A stretch of DNA of 62,879 nucleotides, taken from positions 1-62,879 of the IMG/VR virus record IMGVR_UViG_3300031965_000026. One strand, written 5' to 3'. Below, in pieces: positions 41,501 through 50,281 of the stretch. The position numbers and the translations under genes are program-made. This DNA comes from a virus. Its lineage: Duplodnaviria; Caudoviricetes. The notes beneath the pieces are model-generated. The model did not search any database and was not told the origin of the DNA. It saw nothing but the letters and a program-made list of their open reading frames with translations. Every line of letters starts with the position of its first letter. Position 1 is the first letter of the stretch.

Positions 41501-44500
41501 CGTCTCTGGGCGGGGGGCCCGCCGGATCCTTGCACACGAGGTGGTGGGCCACCACTCCATGGAGGAGATGCTGGGGGACCGGTTCGGGGAGGTGCTGGAG
41601 CGGGTGATGCAGCTCTGGAGAGCCCAGGACCGGGCATTGCTCCCCATCATGGAGGAGGTCATCGACCGGTGGGGGCTAGAGCCCGGTGTGGACAGCGCGA
41701 CCAACGCAATATTCGCCTCCGAGGTCATCGCCGTGATCGCGGAGAAGCGCCCGTCCGAGCCCCGGCTACAGGCGCTCCTGCGCACCGTGCGCGAGGCGGT
41801 TCGCCGGTTCCTGCGCCGGCTCGGCTTCGTCGATCTGTTCAGCGCAACGGATCTTGATATCCTGATCTCGCAGGCCGGTCGACGACTACGCACTGGTAGC
41901 CAGGCCCGTCCGCCAGTTGACGAGGGGGCGCGCTTCTCTACGGAGGCTGATGATGGACAAAAACCAGGACGGCGTGGAGATCCCGGACATGGGCGATCCG
42001 GACAGGAAGTGCAAGTCGCTTTCCGAACTGGTAGCGGAGGGCGTCCTGACGAATCGTGGCGCGATTCAACTCGCGTCCGCCGAAAAGGCCGGCCTGCTCG
42101 CGTCTTCCGGGGAAGCCGAGAAGGACTCCGATCCGAAGACTTCGAGCTAACCCGTCGGGGGCACGCCACTGGGCACCCGTCGTCCGGCCTGGGGGTCTTC
42201 TTCAGCGACGACCGCGCCGACGCCGAGCATTACGGCGGCGTTGTCGACGAACGCTATCTCGACGTCCGCAAGCCCAAGATCTACCGCGCCGAGAACATGC
42301 CCGGCTTCGACTCGGTCGAGGACGCGCACGCCTTCGCACGCAAGCTCCAGGCCGAGGGCTACGACGGGATCATCATGACGGCCGCCCACCTGGGCGGACC
42401 CACCCACGTCGTGGCGTTCTCGTCCGAGCAGATCATCGAGGAGGTCGCTCGTTTCTCCCGCCAGTACACCCCGGAGCAGGAGGCGGCCATCAAGCGAGGC
42501 AAGTTCGGGCAGCGCCCGGCACTTCCCTTGCGTCAGCGGATAGCGAAGTCTCGGGACAACCTGAAGGCGAAGCTCCGACAAGGGGCGATCGACCAGTTCG
42601 ATTCGTTCCGCACGGTCCTCTACGACTCGCGCACCTGGATGATGGCGCAGCTCACCCACTCCTCGACGGGCGCCCTGGACGCGACCATCCGCTACGGCCA
42701 GCCGGTGCTCATACAGAACGCGGTCACCATCCGCCCACGCACCAAGGGGCTGCGCGAGGTGCTCGAGCCGCTCGGCCACGAGACCGACGATTTCTTACGC
42801 TGGATTGCCGGGCACCGCGCCGAGCGGCTGGCGACCGAGGGCAAGGAGCGGCTGTTCAGTCCACAGGATATCGCGGCGCTTCAGAGCCTTGACCAGGGGA
42901 CCATGGCCGACGGCCGGCAGCGCGCCAGGGTGTACGACGCCGTGCGCCAGGACTTCGAGGCGCTCTCCGCGGCGGTCGTGCAGATCGCGGTGGACACCGG
43001 GCTCGTGAACGACACCGAGGCGCAGGAGTGGCGCAACGAGGGCTTTTACGTTCCTTTCTACCGGCTCCTCGAGGAGGAGGGCGTCACCCGTGGCCCCCGC
43101 GGCTTTAGCGGGCTCGTGCGCCAGAACGCGTACAAGAAGCTCACGGGCGCGGACATCCCGCTCGAGGATCTCTTGACCAATGTGCTCCTCAACTGGCAGC
43201 ACCTGCTCGGTGCCTCGCTCAAGAACCAGGCCGCGCGCCATGCGCTAGAGACGGCCGAGACGATGGGCCTCGCCCAGCGCAAGACCGCGCACACGAAGGG
43301 CAACAAGGCGGTCTTCGTCCGTGAGGACGGCAAGCAAGTCTGGTACGACCTCGACTCATCGACCGAGGGGCAGCTCGTGCTCCAGGCGCTCACCGCGCTG
43401 TCGTTCGACGGGCTGAACAACTTCACCATGCGCGTGCTGCGCGGATTCAAGCGTACGTACACCGTGGGCGTCACCGCCTCCCCGGGGTTCAAGGTCCGCA
43501 ACCTCCTGCGCGACTCCATCCAGGCGGTCGCGGTCTCGGGGGTCTCGGCGAACGTCGGCGCGAACCTGTACAAGGGCTGGAAGGCAACGAAGCCCGGGGG
43601 CGCGACCGACGTCGCCATGCTCGCAGGCGGCGGCTCGTTCGGGCACTCCGGCTACATCCACGGGGCCGACCCGAGCGCCATCAAGCACCTCGTGCGCCGG
43701 GGCATCGACCGCAATACCATCCTCACGTCGCCGTCCTCCATCCTCCGGGTACTTCAGCGGTATTCCGGGTGGGACGCCTACCAGGACTTCGGGGCCCGCC
43801 TCGAGAACGTGAACCGGGCGGCCGACTTCGAGCGGGCCATCCTCGAGGGCAAGGACCTCCTGGAGGCGAACTTCCGGGCCCGGGACCACGTCGACTTCTC
43901 GCGCACCGGCGCGTGGGTCGCGGTCCGCGCGCTCGCCCAGGTCGTGCCCTTCCTGAACGCCCGCCTCCAGGGGCTCGACAAGCTGGCCCGCTCGTCGGTC
44001 GATCCCAAGCAGCGGCGCCGGTTCCACGTGACCGTGGCGCTCTACTCGCTGGCCTCCGTGCTCCTCTACCTTGCGATGAAGGACGACGACGACTACAAGG
44101 CGGCCGAGGACTGGGAGCGCGACGCCTACCACCTGTTCAAGCTGCCGGGATCCGATCTCCTGTTCCGCATTCCCCGTCCGTTCGAGGTGGGGGCCATCGC
44201 CTCGATCGCCGAGCGCGGTGCCGAGCAGTGGTTCGACGACGAGGTGCATGTGCCGCTCTTCTTCGAGCGCATGTTCCACGCACTGTGGGAGACGCTCAGC
44301 TTCAATCCGATGCCCCAGGCGTTCATGCCCGTCATCGAGCTCTACGCGAATAAGGACACGTTCACCGGCCGCCCCATCGAGCCGCCGCACGCTCGTCGGA
44401 ACATGTCGCCCACGAGCATTAAGCAAGCCTGGACGAGCGACACGGCGATCGAGATCAGCCATGGCATGGATGCGGCAACCTGGGGCAAGGTGGTGTTGAG

Positions 44501-44981
44501 CCCAGTGCAGATCGAGCACCTGGTCGAGGGCTACTTCGGGTGGCTGGGGGCGACCACTCTTGGTGCGTCAGATCTCGCCATCAGGGGCGCGGTAGGCGCG
44601 CCGGACCAGCCGTCCAAGCGCGTCGACCAGGTCCCGTTCATCAAGGACTTCGTGCGAGCTGCCCCCCGCTTCTCGACCCGATACACCACCGAGTTCTACG
44701 AGGCGATGGAGGAGGCGAACCGGCTCTTCGGCGATATCCGGGAGGCGCGCCGGGACCGAGATCCGGAGAAGGCGAAGGCCATACAGGAAACAGCGAAGGA
44801 CAAGCTCAGGTACCGGTTGATGCTGAACCGGACGTCCCGGCAGCTCACGAAGCTCAACGCGCAGATCCGAAACATCCGGGTCGACCGGGACATGACCTCC
44901 GAGCGCAAGCGCCAGGAGATGGACCGGCTGCTCGCGATCAAGAACAACCTGACGAAGCGGGCGGTGGAGCGGGTGCGCTAG
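38556..44981 (+). CDS. Giant polyvalent (probably injected) protein: 2H phosphoesterase, LPD5/LPD1-like, zincin, ART-like and LPD38-like domains
   Basis: HITL x2; GVQFGNYV...AHEFFHALD; AHEVVGHH; GVFFS...GYDGII; RIPRPFEVG. Confidence 0.8.
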   Translation: MAALTTCIKRHRKALEAAGIDVDALKARARELRAEDGLEPHVAAMTAVEELLEEAEGARAETVAEVERRGGVVTREAAPEPVQDAPLAAYRNEKDGTEARIVRHDSGGYSVTLRDTDADAAMPVARIFPDMERADAYARSLVAAPGTQADAAQAAEPAPISDVEQAAPKERKFASTQLPVQAEFSGSVQAVARGLIDPQDIYPEKGLETDPHITLKYGLHTDAAQDVAPLLAGAGPIEARVEGIEVFEGVEDGRADAIVLRVESPKLRELNRRVSDALETTDTYPEYKPHITLGYVKAGQGRKYAGAWTPLDGLTITLSQVDFSARSGVKTPIALGGSQSTAELSPSSQAAAEGTQRVRQQKAAEEPAKAPIEDFGAVLEGARKHYAAAYREKLKEAGELDITTEPLSRSWPEPDYQRLLDDGADPWTVAFVHAARDEVPPKPRKAWKIKGWSVDVRTLRDFADDLLGGKKTSEHMRSWLDVHSHTPMNDRMSGRVDLYLAVGHTKSLSGVRVVRGQYSMLEGKPQKPPKVIWSVEKPAKASAWSNWPRTLAQGDTREAAIEAFKKSFAHFGDEKPAREVRFDIYSRRKQDGFFIGKKIGRNTIDLKRFDDVKSARAYLADHHDDLVKALEAYKDIPAHRKETNSPRVGIDHRSGGDVTPEAFAEAFGFRGVQFGNYVEGGRRQADLNEAYDALMDLAGILGVPPRALSLNGELGLAFGARGKGGKNAARAHYEPGTVVINLTKTKGAGSLAHEFFHALDNYFSRLRGRGADYLTESPAPGEGVRPEMVEAFGEVRKAIRATEIATRSRRLDAKRTKDYWSTGRELSARAFENYVIAKLADEGQSNDYLANIVSERAWNAKISLGLEEGETYPYLQAGEVPAVRAAFDNFFSVVETRETDTGVTLFSRTPTGKPAAAGLSVPDVERAIAKVRNAWKGGPLIKVVPSMDALPEGVRSQLGGGPGTIVEGSYYRGEVYLVADAIVSGRGARRILAHEVVGHHSMEEMLGDRFGEVLERVMQLWRAQDRALLPIMEEVIDRWGLEPGVDSATNAIFASEVIAVIAEKRPSEPRLQALLRTVREAVRRFLRRLGFVDLFSATDLDILISQAGRRLRTGSQARPPVDEGARFSTEADDGQKPGRRGDPGHGRSGQEVQVAFRTGSGGRPDESWRDSTRVRRKGRPARVFRGSREGLRSEDFELTRRGHATGHPSSGLGVFFSDDRADAEHYGGVVDERYLDVRKPKIYRAENMPGFDSVEDAHAFARKLQAEGYDGIIMTAAHLGGPTHVVAFSSEQIIEEVARFSRQYTPEQEAAIKRGKFGQRPALPLRQRIAKSRDNLKAKLRQGAIDQFDSFRTVLYDSRTWMMAQLTHSSTGALDATIRYGQPVLIQNAVTIRPRTKGLREVLEPLGHETDDFLRWIAGHRAERLATEGKERLFSPQDIAALQSLDQGTMADGRQRARVYDAVRQDFEALSAAVVQIAVDTGLVNDTEAQEWRNEGFYVPFYRLLEEEGVTRGPRGFSGLVRQNAYKKLTGADIPLEDLLTNVLLNWQHLLGASLKNQAARHALETAETMGLAQRKTAHTKGNKAVFVREDGKQVWYDLDSSTEGQLVLQALTALSFDGLNNFTMRVLRGFKRTYTVGVTASPGFKVRNLLRDSIQAVAVSGVSANVGANLYKGWKATKPGGATDVAMLAGGGSFGHSGYIHGADPSAIKHLVRRGIDRNTILTSPSSILRVLQRYSGWDAYQDFGARLENVNRAADFERAILEGKDLLEANFRARDHVDFSRTGAWVAVRALAQVVPFLNARLQGLDKLARSSVDPKQRRRFHVTVALYSLASVLLYLAMKDDDDYKAAEDWERDAYHLFKLPGSDLLFRIPRPFEVGAIASIAERGAEQWFDDEVHVPLFFERMFHALWETLSFNPMPQAFMPVIELYANKDTFTGRPIEPPHARRNMSPTSIKQAWTSDTAIEISHGMDAATWGKVVLSPVQIEHLVEGYFGWLGATTLGASDLAIRGAVGAPDQPSKRVDQVPFIKDFVRAAPRFSTRYTTEFYEAMEEANRLFGDIREARRDRDPEKAKAIQETAKDKLRYRLMLNRTSRQLTKLNAQIRNIRVDRDMTSERKRQEMDRLLAIKNNLTKRAVERVR

Positions 44982-45166
44982 CCTCCGTGCCGGGCTCGGT
45001 AGCTGTCCGGGCTCGGGCCGTCCCAACCGACGCCGGGTGGCACATACCCTTCCGTCAACACTCCTATCGTGGCCAGCACGGCCATGAGCACGATGACGTA
45101 GACCGTGACCGGGATCTCGGACAGGAACTGGACCACCCGCCACCAGACGTACCAGAAGCGCTCCAT
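44978..45166 (-). CDS. Small membrane protein
   Basis: Hydrophobic TM segment; lies next to attP. Confidence 0.45.
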   Translation of the reverse strand: MERFWYVWWRVVQFLSEIPVTVYVIVLMAVLATIGVLTEGYVPPGVGWDGPSPDSYRARHGG

Positions 45167-45289
45167 GGAGCCGGAGCTTACGGTCTCGGCGCGGGCGGGG
45201 GCAAGGCCTGCCAGCAACTTGATCGCACCCGCAGGTTCGATCAAGCTCTGTGGTCGTCGCGCGGTTGTCGCTGGTCGCAGGTGGTACGC

Positions 45290-46507
45290 TCAAGCCCTTG
45301 ATCTGTGGGACTCCCCCTGCGTTGACATGGTAGTTGTTGCTGGTTCGATTCCAGCCGCGCCTACCAACACAATCAACACCTTGGCGGCCTTCTCCGGGAT
45401 CTGGAGCGAACGGAGTTGATCGCAGCCTGATCGCAACCGCCCCGCCTCCGCCCGTAAGTCGTTGAAATACTGCTCGAGCGCGACCCCCGCCTGCCCGAGG
45501 TAGGTAGGGTCGTATTTCGCGTAGATCTCGGTGGTCGCGTAGCCCGCGCTCTTGTGCCCGAGCATGCCTGCGACCTCCCACGGCGGCACCCCTCGCCGGC
45601 GCAACTCCGTCGCCATGGTGTGGCGCAGCGTGTAGGGCGTCACCCCCGGGAGCCCCGCCCTCGCCGCGGTGTCGCGAAAGGCGGTCTTCACCGAGGCGAC
45701 CGGCCGGCCGTGCCAGGCGACCACGTGGGCGGCGGTGCCGAGCTCGAGCACCCGGCGCAGCGTCGCCCCCATCGGCACCACCGGGCGGTACTTCTTCGTC
45801 TGCGGCCGCCCCGCGGGGTTCAAGTGCACGAGCCCCGTGGCGAAGTCGAGCTGGAAGCGCTGGAGCTCGAGGATGGCCTCGGGGCGGGCGAGGGTGGCGA
45901 GCGCGACCGCGCAGTAGGTGGCGAGGTGAGCGGTGCGCACCTGGAGGAGGAACCGCGCCATCTCCTCGAGGGAGAGACGCCGCTCGCGGGGAGGACCGGC
46001 CGGCACCGGGAGGATGTAGGGGGCCCGGTCGAGCTCGCCGTAGCGGTAGGCGCGGTTCAGCGCCGCCCGACCGACCGTCAAGATCCGGGCGATGTACCCG
46101 TTCGAGTGCCCGCGCGATCGCAGGGCCTCGACGAAGGCTCTCTGGCGCGTCGGGGTGAGCTCGGCGACACGCGCCTCGGGGAGGAGCTCCGACCAGTAGC
46201 CGAGCGCGATCCGGGTCGCCTCCGCGCTCGCGAGGTGCTTCCCGTGCTGCTCCCAGTAGCGCAGCCACACGCTCTCGAGGAGGGTGTCGGCGGCCGGGGT
46301 CTCGGGCTGCGTCGCATGCCCGGCGACCCAGGCTACGAGGGCGTCGAAGGCGGCCTGAAAGTCCTCAGTGCCGAGCGATGCACGTCGGAGGCGTCGGGGC
46401 GGGCCTCGGTCGTACCAGGTGCGGTACCAGATCCCGCTGTCCGGCCACGGCTGCGAGAGCCAGTAGTCGCCGACCCGCCCGGGCCGGGGGTGTCGCCGTC
46501 TGGGCAT
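45290..46507 (-). CDS. int: Tyrosine integrase
   Basis: TLARPEAIL (R), YTLRHT, MLGH, TTEIYAKY (catalytic Y). Confidence 0.93.
   Translation of the reverse strand: MPRRRHPRPGRVGDYWLSQPWPDSGIWYRTWYDRGPPRRLRRASLGTEDFQAAFDALVAWVAGHATQPETPAADTLLESVWLRYWEQHGKHLASAEATRIALGYWSELLPEARVAELTPTRQRAFVEALRSRGHSNGYIARILTVGRAALNRAYRYGELDRAPYILPVPAGPPRERRLSLEEMARFLLQVRTAHLATYCAVALATLARPEAILELQRFQLDFATGLVHLNPAGRPQTKKYRPVVPMGATLRRVLELGTAAHVVAWHGRPVASVKTAFRDTAARAGLPGVTPYTLRHTMATELRRRGVPPWEVAGMLGHKSAGYATTEIYAKYDPTYLGQAGVALEQYFNDLRAEAGRLRSGCDQLRSLQIPEKAAKVLIVLVGAAGIEPATTTMSTQGESHRSRA
45321..45366 (+). other. attP core: 3' half of a tRNA-Val(GAC)
   Basis: TTGACAT anticodon loop, T-arm TGGTTCGATTCCA, ends GCGCCTACCA; 5' half absent. 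Confidence 0.8.
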
Positions 46508-46698
46508 GGGATCGCCGTCCTCTGCGCCTCGAGGTAGCCAAGCAGGTCCTCGTGGGTGAAGCGTACCTGACCGCGAATGCGCCGGCAGGGCAACCGCCCG
46601 GCCTCGATCTCCCGCCTCACCGATCGCTTGTTGAGTCCGAGCCAGGCGCAGACCTCCTCCACGCCGTAGAGCTTCGGAAGCTCGGTGACCGTGCTCAT
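46333..46698 (-). CDS. xis: Excisionase (HTH_17); tail overlaps int
   Basis: LYGVEEVCAWLGL..SVRREIEAGRLP.RRIRGQVRF. Confidence 0.8.
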   Translation of the reverse strand: MSTVTELPKLYGVEEVCAWLGLNKRSVRREIEAGRLPCRRIRGQVRFTHEDLLGYLEAQRTAIPCPDGDTPGPGGSATTGSRSRGRTAGSGTAPGTTEARPDASDVHRSALRTFRPPSTPS

Positions 46699-47159
46699 GG
46701 CAGGTGCGGCAGCATCGGCGGCATGCGTCCGCTCTCGTACGCCTGGGCGATCTGCGGGAGCATGTAGCCGCCGACGGTGTTGCCGTCGGGCAGGACGATG
46801 TGCGCGAGGAACTCCTCCTCGAACGTCGTGATGCCGGTCTCGACCGCCTCGAGCTTCGCCTTGACGACGAGCGCGAGCGCCCGCCATCGTTGCCGCACGG
46901 CCTGCTCGTACGCGGCCTCAGCCTGTGCGGCGCTCCTGGGGGTGCCGCGGCTCGGGGTGCGCGTGAACGCTTTCGACCCGCGCTCTGGAAGCGGCAGCAA
47001 GAACTTGATCCGACGGTTGCGGGCCTCGAACGAGATCACCGCCTGCTTGTCCGTCCACCCGTACATGAACGCGGTCGCCCCGTAGCGGGACAGCACGCGC
47101 TCGATCTCGCCCCGGCTGCGCTCGCTCGGGACACTGGTGCTCTCTGCGTATCGGGTCAT
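46695..47159 (-). CDS. Conserved-looking phage hypothetical protein
   Basis: YAESTSVPSERSRGEIE..L.RYGA; WRAL.LVVKAKLEAVE.GI..FEEEFL. Confidence 0.75.
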   Translation of the reverse strand: MTRYAESTSVPSERSRGEIERVLSRYGATAFMYGWTDKQAVISFEARNRRIKFLLPLPERGSKAFTRTPSRGTPRSAAQAEAAYEQAVRQRWRALALVVKAKLEAVETGITTFEEEFLAHIVLPDGNTVGGYMLPQIAQAYESGRMPPMLPHLP

Positions 47160-48190
47160 CCTGGCTCCTTCGCTTTGGGCTCCTCGGGCTCGGCGAGTGC
47201 TCGAAAGAGGGGATCCAGATCAGCCGTCCAGGCCCACGGCACCGCATTCAATGCCTTCCATGCCCCCGCGATCTGTCGGTCCCGCTCGGCGAGCTGGGCG
47301 CGGAGGTGGTCGATCTCCTTTGCCGCCTCGTGGCAGTGGCGGCCCACCGGGATATGGCGGCTGCTGTAGTTGCCCTCGATGATCAATCGAGAGTCTTTCG
47401 GCACGTCGCGCAGCAATTCGACGAGCGGTATCGCATAGGCTTGGTTATCCATCGCCATTCTCCTCTGCGTCGGGCTCGGCGAGGGCGCGGTCGAGGCGGT
47501 CGAAGATCTGCTCCCAGTACAGCCGCAGAGCCGGGTACTGCGCTGCGAGCGATTCCGCCAGGGCGTCTCGCGCCTCCCGTGCTTCGGCGAGCTGCCGGTC
47601 CCGCTCGGCGAGCCTCGCCTGCAACGCCGTCGCCGAGCACGCACCTGGGCAGGGGCAGCCGATGGGCTCCGCTCCGGTCGGCTCGCCGAGAGAGGCGCGG
47701 AGGGCGGCGTTCTCGGCGCGCAGGCGGGCAATCTCGTCTGCTGCTTTGCCCGCCCATTGGAGCGTCACATCGCACCAGGCATCCAGGTTGCCGTTCTGCG
47801 CGGCTAGCGCTCGCAGGGCACTGAGATCTCCAATTGCGAGCGGGATTAATCTGGGATCGGTCACGGCTTCGGCTCCCCGGGCTCGGCGAGGGCGCGGTCG
47901 AGGCGCGCGATGTAGATCATCCACGGCCGGAACTCGATCAGCGCTGATGCGCGGAACACACGCCACGCCTTCCGCGCCTCCTCCAGCCGGCGCTCGGAGG
48001 CGGCGAGCTGGGCCAGCGCCCTGTCCCGCGCCCCCAACTCGTGCTGCGCCTCGTCGAGCATCTCAGTGATCCTATCTACCTGCTCGCATAGCCGCTCGAT
48101 CTCCTCCTCCGCGGTGGCCAGGTCGTTGTGCGCGCACTCGGCGCAGATGTGGCGCGAGGCGCCGTGAATGTCGCAGGTGTAGTTGGTCAT
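47156..48190 (-). other. Three small genes sharing C-terminal modules (47156-47452, 47445-47864, 47861-48190)
   Basis: All three end in ...RALAEP; two share LAERDRQ. Confidence 0.6.
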
Positions 48191-49355
48191 ACCTCAACTC
48201 CCACCGCCCGCAGCGCGGCGATGACGATGGCGCGCAGGGGGTCGCTTCGCACCGCTGACGCTTCACTGATTACTAGTCGGCTATCGTCTATGTGCTCGAA
48301 CGTCACCTCGGCTTCGCCCGTGGCCGTCCACAGAATGGAGAAGGTCCAGCCTTCCTTGTGCAGCGCCTCGACGAGTATCCAGACGTCCTCTATCGACCCC
48401 GAAGGCGTGAAGTGCATCCGCCGCCAGGGGTGGTCTGGAGGCAGCACTTGTTCGAGGGTGAGGCGGGTCAGTTCGTCGTCGGTCATGGCTGCGTAGCCTG
48501 TTCTATCGCGTCCGCCATCCGCCGCAGCAGTGCGGCCACCTTCGCGCGCGGCCCCCAGATCGTGATAGCAGATCGATCGTCGTCGCCGGGCTCGTCATGG
48601 AGCTCGCGCGCCGAGAGCAGGTACAGCCGCGCCCCGAAAAACGTACGGCCGGTGTCGGCCACGGTGGATACTCGATCGACGGCTCGGGGATCGTCCTCGG
48701 CCGGAAGCTCTTCTGCGTAGATGTTCAGTCTCATTTCGGTTCCTCCTCCACGTGCCCGCCAGCGCGGAGCATGGCGTCGGCCTGCAACAGCCCGAGGCGT
48801 ACGGCCTCGCGCACCGTGCCCTCGTCGAGACCCGGCCAGGCCGACCGGCGAGCGAGCGCCACCGTCCATGCGGCAGCGAAGTGGGCGGCTAGGTAGTCGC
48901 GGAGCGAGACGGTGGGCTGTATCGATTCGACCGTCGTCCACACCCCGGCCCTCAGCATGTCTTGCTCGTTCATCCAACCCTCCTTCACCACACCAGCATT
49001 ACTAGACCGAACACCACGAACACCACGAGCAGCATTGTCGCGTCTGCCCACCACGAGCGCCGCGCGTGCTCGGCCGCCAGGACCTCGGCGAGCCGCGGGT
49101 CGAGCGGTGCGACGGGCTCGTGGGCGGACTTGCGGGCGGGGGCGGTCATATCGCTGTCTCGAGCGCGAGGTATCGCGTGACCGCCTCTCGGGTGAGCGTT
49201 TCTCCCTGGGCCTCTATTCTGACCGCCGCGCCCCACACCGCGCGCATATTGACGTCTCCGCTCGGGTGCCAGGCACGTAGGAGCGCCGCGATCGCATGTG
49301 CCGTATCGATTGTCCGCACGAGGCTGTCGCAGAATTCCTCGTCCATCAGTCGCAC
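48187..49355 (-). other. Small early hypothetical genes (48187-48486, 48483-48734, 48731-48973, 48985-49149, 49146-49355)
   Basis: Coupled start/stop codons and RBSs. Confidence 0.55.
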
Positions 49356-49798
49356 CCTCGGCCACGACGGTCGCCCGTCTCGTCACAGAACTCTTTCCAA
49401 TGGCGCCAACCTTGAGCGCACCAGAACCCCCATTCCCGCACCACCGGTCCGGTCAGAAACAACGTCCACACCGGGCCTTTGACCAGCTCTAGCCGGTGAG
49501 CGTGACGCGCACGCCGGAACACCACGGTACCGGGCTCGACCCACCGGAAGTCCTCATCGGGCAGGACCTCGATCATCCGACCCGAGAGGCAGAGCGAGGC
49601 GCTCGGCCACGGATGGTCGTGCAACGCTCGGTCATCGTCGGAGCCGGTGAAGCAATGCAGGTAGGCGTTGCACACCGGGGTGCGCCGGATGAGGTACCAC
49701 CTCAACAGGTAGCCGTCGCCGATCGCCCGATCCGGTGGGCGACGTGCGGCCCACGCCTGAAGTCGGGGCGCGAGGTAGGCGGCGAGCGCCACGCTCAT
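49346..49798 (-). CDS. Cupin-like phage protein
   Basis: YLHCF..SDDDRALHDHPW...HRLEL...WTLFLTGP..REWGF. Confidence 0.75.
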   Translation of the reverse strand: MSVALAAYLAPRLQAWAARRPPDRAIGDGYLLRWYLIRRTPVCNAYLHCFTGSDDDRALHDHPWPSASLCLSGRMIEVLPDEDFRWVEPGTVVFRRARHAHRLELVKGPVWTLFLTGPVVREWGFWCAQGWRHWKEFCDETGDRRGRGCD

Positions 49799-50004
49799 GA
49801 TTCGGCCTGCCCCGCCTGCCAGCGCAGGAACCCGGCGATCGCGTTACGCCGTATAGATCGCCCCCGGTCGCTGTCGAGCGCGAGCGAATCGAGGTACTCG
49901 GCGATCGGGCCGGCATACCCCTGGTCGCGCTCGTGCGCCTCGCACTCGGCCTCGTCCGTGAATCGCTTCCCATCCTCGGAAACAAAAGTCGCTATCTGCT
50001 TCAT
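49795..50004 (-). CDS. Hypothetical protein
   Basis: FVSEDGKRFTDEAECEAHE. Confidence 0.6.
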   Translation of the reverse strand: MKQIATFVSEDGKRFTDEAECEAHERDQGYAGPIAEYLDSLALDSDRGRSIRRNAIAGFLRWQAGQAES

Positions 50005-50205
50005 GTGTCTTTCTCTTCCTGTGCTTGTAGGTGTTCGTCCCGCAGCAACCCCTTCAGTCGGCGGTTGCCGCATGGCCGGCAGAACTCGCCGAACGACACG
50101 TTGCGCGTGTTGAACAACTCGACCTCCGCGCGAGCCCCGCAGTCGCGGCACTGACGCACGAGCCGGCGTAGGTGGGCGGGCATGGGTTAGGGGGTGCCTT
50201 GTGTG

Positions 50206-50281
50206 CCTGTAGGCGGGAGTGACGGGGCAACTCATTCAATGGGCGTCAGCCGTGCAATGACCCCGCCACGCCCGCCACAGG
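50206..50281 (-). ncRNA. Solitary TIGR-like stem-loop guide unit spanning the Tas stop codon
   Basis: Long stem enclosing GTCA-TTGCACGGC-TGACGCCCA-TTGAATGAG(T)-TGCC. Confidence 0.65.

Noticed and set aside
45321-45366. Functional tRNA gene
   Set aside because: Only the 3' half is present; no D-arm or 5' acceptor strand
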